Positions 61,388 through 64,000 of a stretch of 64,000 nucleotides of DNA are shown here, piece after piece (positions within the stretch are counted from its first letter, which is position 1; each line of letters starts with the position of its first letter). Source of the stretch: Candidatus Moraniibacteriota bacterium (lineage in GTDB: Bacteria; Patescibacteriota; Minisyncoccia; Moranbacterales; GCA-2747515); the NCBI GenBank assembly GCA_027031495.1, contig JALVQA010000006.1, forward strand, positions 16,952 through 80,951. The letters run 5' to 3'. The notes beneath the pieces were generated by a model. It was not told where the DNA came from. It saw only the letters and a list, made by a program, of their open reading frames with translations, and ran no database searches. Made by a program: the position numbers and the translations under genes.

Positions 61388-61567
61388 ATGGATTTTATTA
61401 ACACTCTTTTCTGGGTCCAGGGATGGACTCCACTTACTCTGCTCGGCCTTTTGGCCGTGGCAGAGGCTCTACCGATGCGCTGGACGCGCATCGGTAGGAT
61501 CATCGGGTTGGTCGTGCTTCTGTGCGCGACCAACCTTCTCGGTTTGACAGCCCTATTATTACAATAG
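61388..61567 (+). CDS. 59-aa highly hydrophobic small peptide (two predicted TM or amphipathic helices)
   Basis: MDFINTLFWVQGWTPLTLLGLLAVAEALPMRWTRIGRIIGLVVLLCATNLLGLTALLLQ. Strong SD AGGAGG 7 nt upstream. GC is visibly higher than the surrounding genes. Two tandem terminators follow. Confidence 0.45.
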   Translation: MDFINTLFWVQGWTPLTLLGLLAVAEALPMRWTRIGRIIGLVVLLCATNLLGLTALLLQ

Positions 61568-61624
61568 AGGGCTGTCTGAAAGATTTTTTTGAAGCACGGA
61601 TTGGTGATCTGTGCTTCTTTTTTA
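61546..61624 (+). terminator. Two tandem rho-independent terminators
   Basis: Hairpin 1 is GACAGCCCT / AGGGCTGTC plus a T-run at 61584-61590. Hairpin 2 is GAAGCACgGAT / ATCTGTGCTTC plus TTTTTTAT at 61618-61624. Confidence 0.65.
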
Positions 61625-61679
61625 TGTTTGAGATATGTCTTGTGCGCTGTGTTTTTTGTGCCGTGATATTTGACAAAAA

Positions 61680-61708
61680 AGGTACATCTTGCTAGTATGG
61701 ACACATGA
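61680..61708 (+). promoter_or_regulatory. Putative strong sigma-70 promoter (TTGACA, 17-nt spacer, TAGTAT)
   Basis: Consensus -35 with exact 17-nt spacing. It lies about 170 nt upstream of the next start codon. Confidence 0.5.
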
Positions 61709-61827
61709 AACAAACGACACATACAATGTATATTGTGGTTATGTGGGTGATGCTCCTTAGTGGGCATGGCCGGTTTGTTTCACATTCTGTGTAGAGAGAA
61801 GAAATCTGCACAAAATGAGAAGTGATA

Positions 61828-61852
61828 ATCGGCCAAAGCGCCGATTTTTTTG
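61828..61852 (+). promoter_or_regulatory. Terminator-like hairpin plus U-run inside the 5' leader (candidate attenuator or riboswitch expression platform)
   Basis: ATCGGC caaagc GCCGAT followed by TTTTTTT, ending about 15 nt before the AGGAGG SD of the downstream gene. Confidence 0.4.
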
Positions 61853-61876
61853 TTGTTTAAAAAAGAGGAGGCATTT

Positions 61877-63001
61877 ATGTCTTTTGTTGAAAAGTTTATT
61901 TTTGCCGAAAGTGGTCGCGACGGGGACGTTGTTGAATCAATGTTCACACGCAAGATACCACTTTATGTGCGTCCGATGCTCGTAAGACAAATGCTTAATG
62001 CTGTTCATCAGTGGCAACGATACACGCCCTTGGAGAATAAAACATGGATTGCCAGAGAGCATAATGTGCCATCACTTCTTGTGCGTGTGGATTGTACAAT
62101 AAAGAATCCCATATTGCGCAGTTGTGGCAATGGCGTGATGGTTGATGGTGGTGATGTTTTTATTTACGAAGTTGACGATGCGCCGGCCGGTCAGAAGTTG
62201 ACAATGGTTGTTAATGACCAATTCAGCGAGTTACTTGATTTAATTCAGCAACACTGGCCACCAATGCGTGCGTTTGTATCGGAACGGCGATTTTCCGATA
62301 TTACGCAGTGGCTTGATCCTTATGATGAGAGCTGGGACGGTGTCATTTGGCCATCTATGCGACCGCAAGAAGCGGATAAATATCCGCACATTGTACACAT
62401 GGCGGCACATCCGGTGGTACAAGAGGGGAACAAGAGCTGGATGGTCAAAACCGGTCTTGCATATCGTGTGCACAATTCCCAGAAGCTCCGTGAAGTGCTC
62501 GATGGTCCTTTAGCGTCATCAAGTGTGGTTGTCAAGCCACTAAAGGGTACGCGTTCGTACAAGATCTACCCCTTGTGGAGAAGAGAGATCAGTGGTAGGC
62601 GGCCGAGTGATACAATTATTGATGTGGAAAAATTATACACCGCCGTAGATAATTGCTATGGCGATGAATGGATTGTGCAACAACTTGTTCCGCCTATTGT
62701 ACTGCCGGAGAGCGTTGCTGATAGACTTGATGGTAGGTACAGAAAGTACTGGTATACTCTCCGTATGTATTATGGCTATAATACAATACATGGGGATTAT
62801 ATTCCGTTAGGCGGTGTGTGTAACGGCACAGATTGGCGCCGGCGTGTAATTTCGCACGGTACATCCAGTGCGCTTTTTCTGCCGGCAAAATTGGACAATC
62901 GCCTATACTCGTCAGCGCGTTTTTCTCTGCGGCAATTGTTAAAGAGACATGCCGCACGTATGGAAGAGAAACAAGGGCACAAGGCTCGTTGTACCTCTTA
63001 A
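61877..63001 (+). CDS. Hypothetical protein with weak ATP-grasp-like motifs
   Basis: ATG preceded by AAGAGGAGG. SSSVVVKPLKGTRSYKIY, EWIVQQLVPPIVLP and RKYWYTLRMYYG loosely resemble TTL/RimK-type ATP-grasp elements (VKP..G..G.G; V.QKYI..PLL; D.R.Y.L). GC is higher than the genome background. Confidence 0.35.
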   Translation: MSFVEKFIFAESGRDGDVVESMFTRKIPLYVRPMLVRQMLNAVHQWQRYTPLENKTWIAREHNVPSLLVRVDCTIKNPILRSCGNGVMVDGGDVFIYEVDDAPAGQKLTMVVNDQFSELLDLIQQHWPPMRAFVSERRFSDITQWLDPYDESWDGVIWPSMRPQEADKYPHIVHMAAHPVVQEGNKSWMVKTGLAYRVHNSQKLREVLDGPLASSSVVVKPLKGTRSYKIYPLWRREISGRRPSDTIIDVEKLYTAVDNCYGDEWIVQQLVPPIVLPESVADRLDGRYRKYWYTLRMYYGYNTIHGDYIPLGGVCNGTDWRRRVISHGTSSALFLPAKLDNRLYSSARFSLRQLLKRHAARMEEKQGHKARCTS

Positions 63002-63023
63002 ACTCTTTCTGTGGAATATTCTT

Positions 63024-63060
63024 GAGTCACTGCGTGAAAGCGTCGTGGCTCTTTTTTTAT
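63024..63060 (+). terminator. Rho-independent terminator
   Basis: Imperfect long hairpin GAGTCAC...GTGGCTC followed by TTTTTTT. Confidence 0.5.
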
Positions 63061-63148
63061 TATTTTGCTATCTGTAGATACACATTTTCTCTGCAAATTG
63101 CTTTCAGTGGTGTTTTTTGGTATTGTGAATGGAGAGTAACGAATGTAA

Positions 63149-63927
63149 TGGGTATGTCTATGCATAAGAGGGGGATTATCTTTCATGTGCCGATAGCGTT
63201 GTATGCCATTGTGTATGCGGTTGGTTTGCAGGTACTTGCGCGTTACAGTGCTGAGAGTCTTGTTGTGTTGGCATCTGGTGTTGCTGCGTTTGCAGTGATT
63301 TCTGCCGTTGTTGGGCGCATTATCGCACGACACTTCTTTTTTGCGATTGTGCCGGTTATTTTATCTGTGGCCTCACTTACACTTTTATTTTTTATTGACA
63401 GTCGTTCACAGCAGATTATTGTAAGTGGCATTGTCGGTATTCTTGTCTACGGTGTGACGCTTGGTTCATATAGATTAAGTCGCTATCCGCGCGATGCAGT
63501 CGCGCGTGGTATGGTTGTTGCCGGCGCAACAACGGCGATCTTCTTTTCCTATGCGGCAATTTTTGCCATTTATTTGAACTTTATCGTACCGCTGTGGTTT
63601 GTTGGTTTTAGCATATTTATTTTGACGACGGTCATCTCGTGGCAATATTTTGTCATGATTGCACACGGGCGTTTTGTGCAAACGATTATTTATAGCTGCG
63701 CATTGGGTGTTGTCCTCTCAGAGGTTGCTGTAAGCGCTATTATGTGGCCTTTTGGCTATCTTACAACAAGTGTTGTTCTCCTTATGATATACTATATACT
63801 GTGGGACCTGGGGCAGAGTTTTTTTCTTGAGCGTCTCTCAAAAACGCGTCTTAGCGTGAATGTTATATTTTTTCTTGCTATGGCGGCTCTTGTTTTGTCC
63901 AGTGCACAGTGGCTGCCGGTTGTTTAG
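63149..63927 (+). CDS. Hypothetical polytopic membrane protein (about 8 TM)
   Basis: The internal start MGMSMHKRG follows GGAGAG. The rest of the protein is hydrophobic helices. No recognisable motif. Confidence 0.4.
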
Positions 63928-63951
63928 TTTTTTATTCAAGGAGCAAATCTT

Positions 63952-64000
63952 ATGAAAACCTTTATAAGAAGGGTGATAGCAATTAGTGGCATGTTTTTTC
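63952..64000 (+). CDS. Start of a further CDS (3' end lies outside the window)
   Basis: ATG preceded by CAAGGAGCA. Only 16 codons are visible. Confidence 0.3.
   Translation, partial: MKTFIRRVIAISGMFF

Overview
This 64-kb window is a gene-dense bacterial chromosomal segment with both strands used, about 45% GC by eye and mostly short intergenic gaps. I infer a Candidate Phyla Radiation / Parcubacteria-like organism. The basis is the gene content: many GT-C, GT4 and GT2 glycosyltransferases, an AlaRS lacking the C-Ala domain, groES without an adjacent groEL, gatCA without gatB, and many small hypothetical membrane proteins.

Positions 3.1-25.2 kb form a large cell-surface glycan biosynthesis and export locus:
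- two ArnT/PMT-like GT-C enzymes
- an MFS transporter and a Wzx-like flippase
- four GT4 and two GT2 glycosyltransferases
- a nucleotide-sugar dehydrogenase
- an O-antigen-ligase-like protein and an LCP-family protein
- unexpectedly, an RtcB RNA ligase and a Tmk-fold P-loop kinase in the same operon

The rest is mostly housekeeping: murJ, ctpA, groES, def-fmt, priA, alaS, lysS, rmlA-like, galU, ligA, gatC, gatA, a ferredoxin, lepA, ftsB-like, a parvulin PPIase and clpB.

I found no rRNA, tRNA, CRISPR array, transposase or integrase.

The candidates most worth follow-up are:
- a three-gene cluster at 34.7-39.0 kb: a sigma-70 region-4 plus 3x HARE-HTH protein, a membrane protein, and a VirD4/TrwB-like coupling ATPase with a C-terminal zinc ribbon, with no other T4SS genes nearby
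- a translationally coupled pair at 29.5-32.4 kb: a rhodanese membrane protein and a truncated PEP-synthase-like phosphotransferase
- a DsbA-like protein followed by a small membrane protein with an intramembrane CxxC, co-operonic with rmlA and galU
- a GC-enriched three-gene island at the 3' end: a 59-aa hydrophobic peptide with its own promoter, strong SD and two terminators, then a weakly ATP-grasp-like protein behind an attenuator-like leader, then a polytopic membrane protein
- a CIRCE (HrcA operator) element overlapping the clpB promoter, while groES has none

All functional calls come from motifs I read in the supplied translations. No database search was run.
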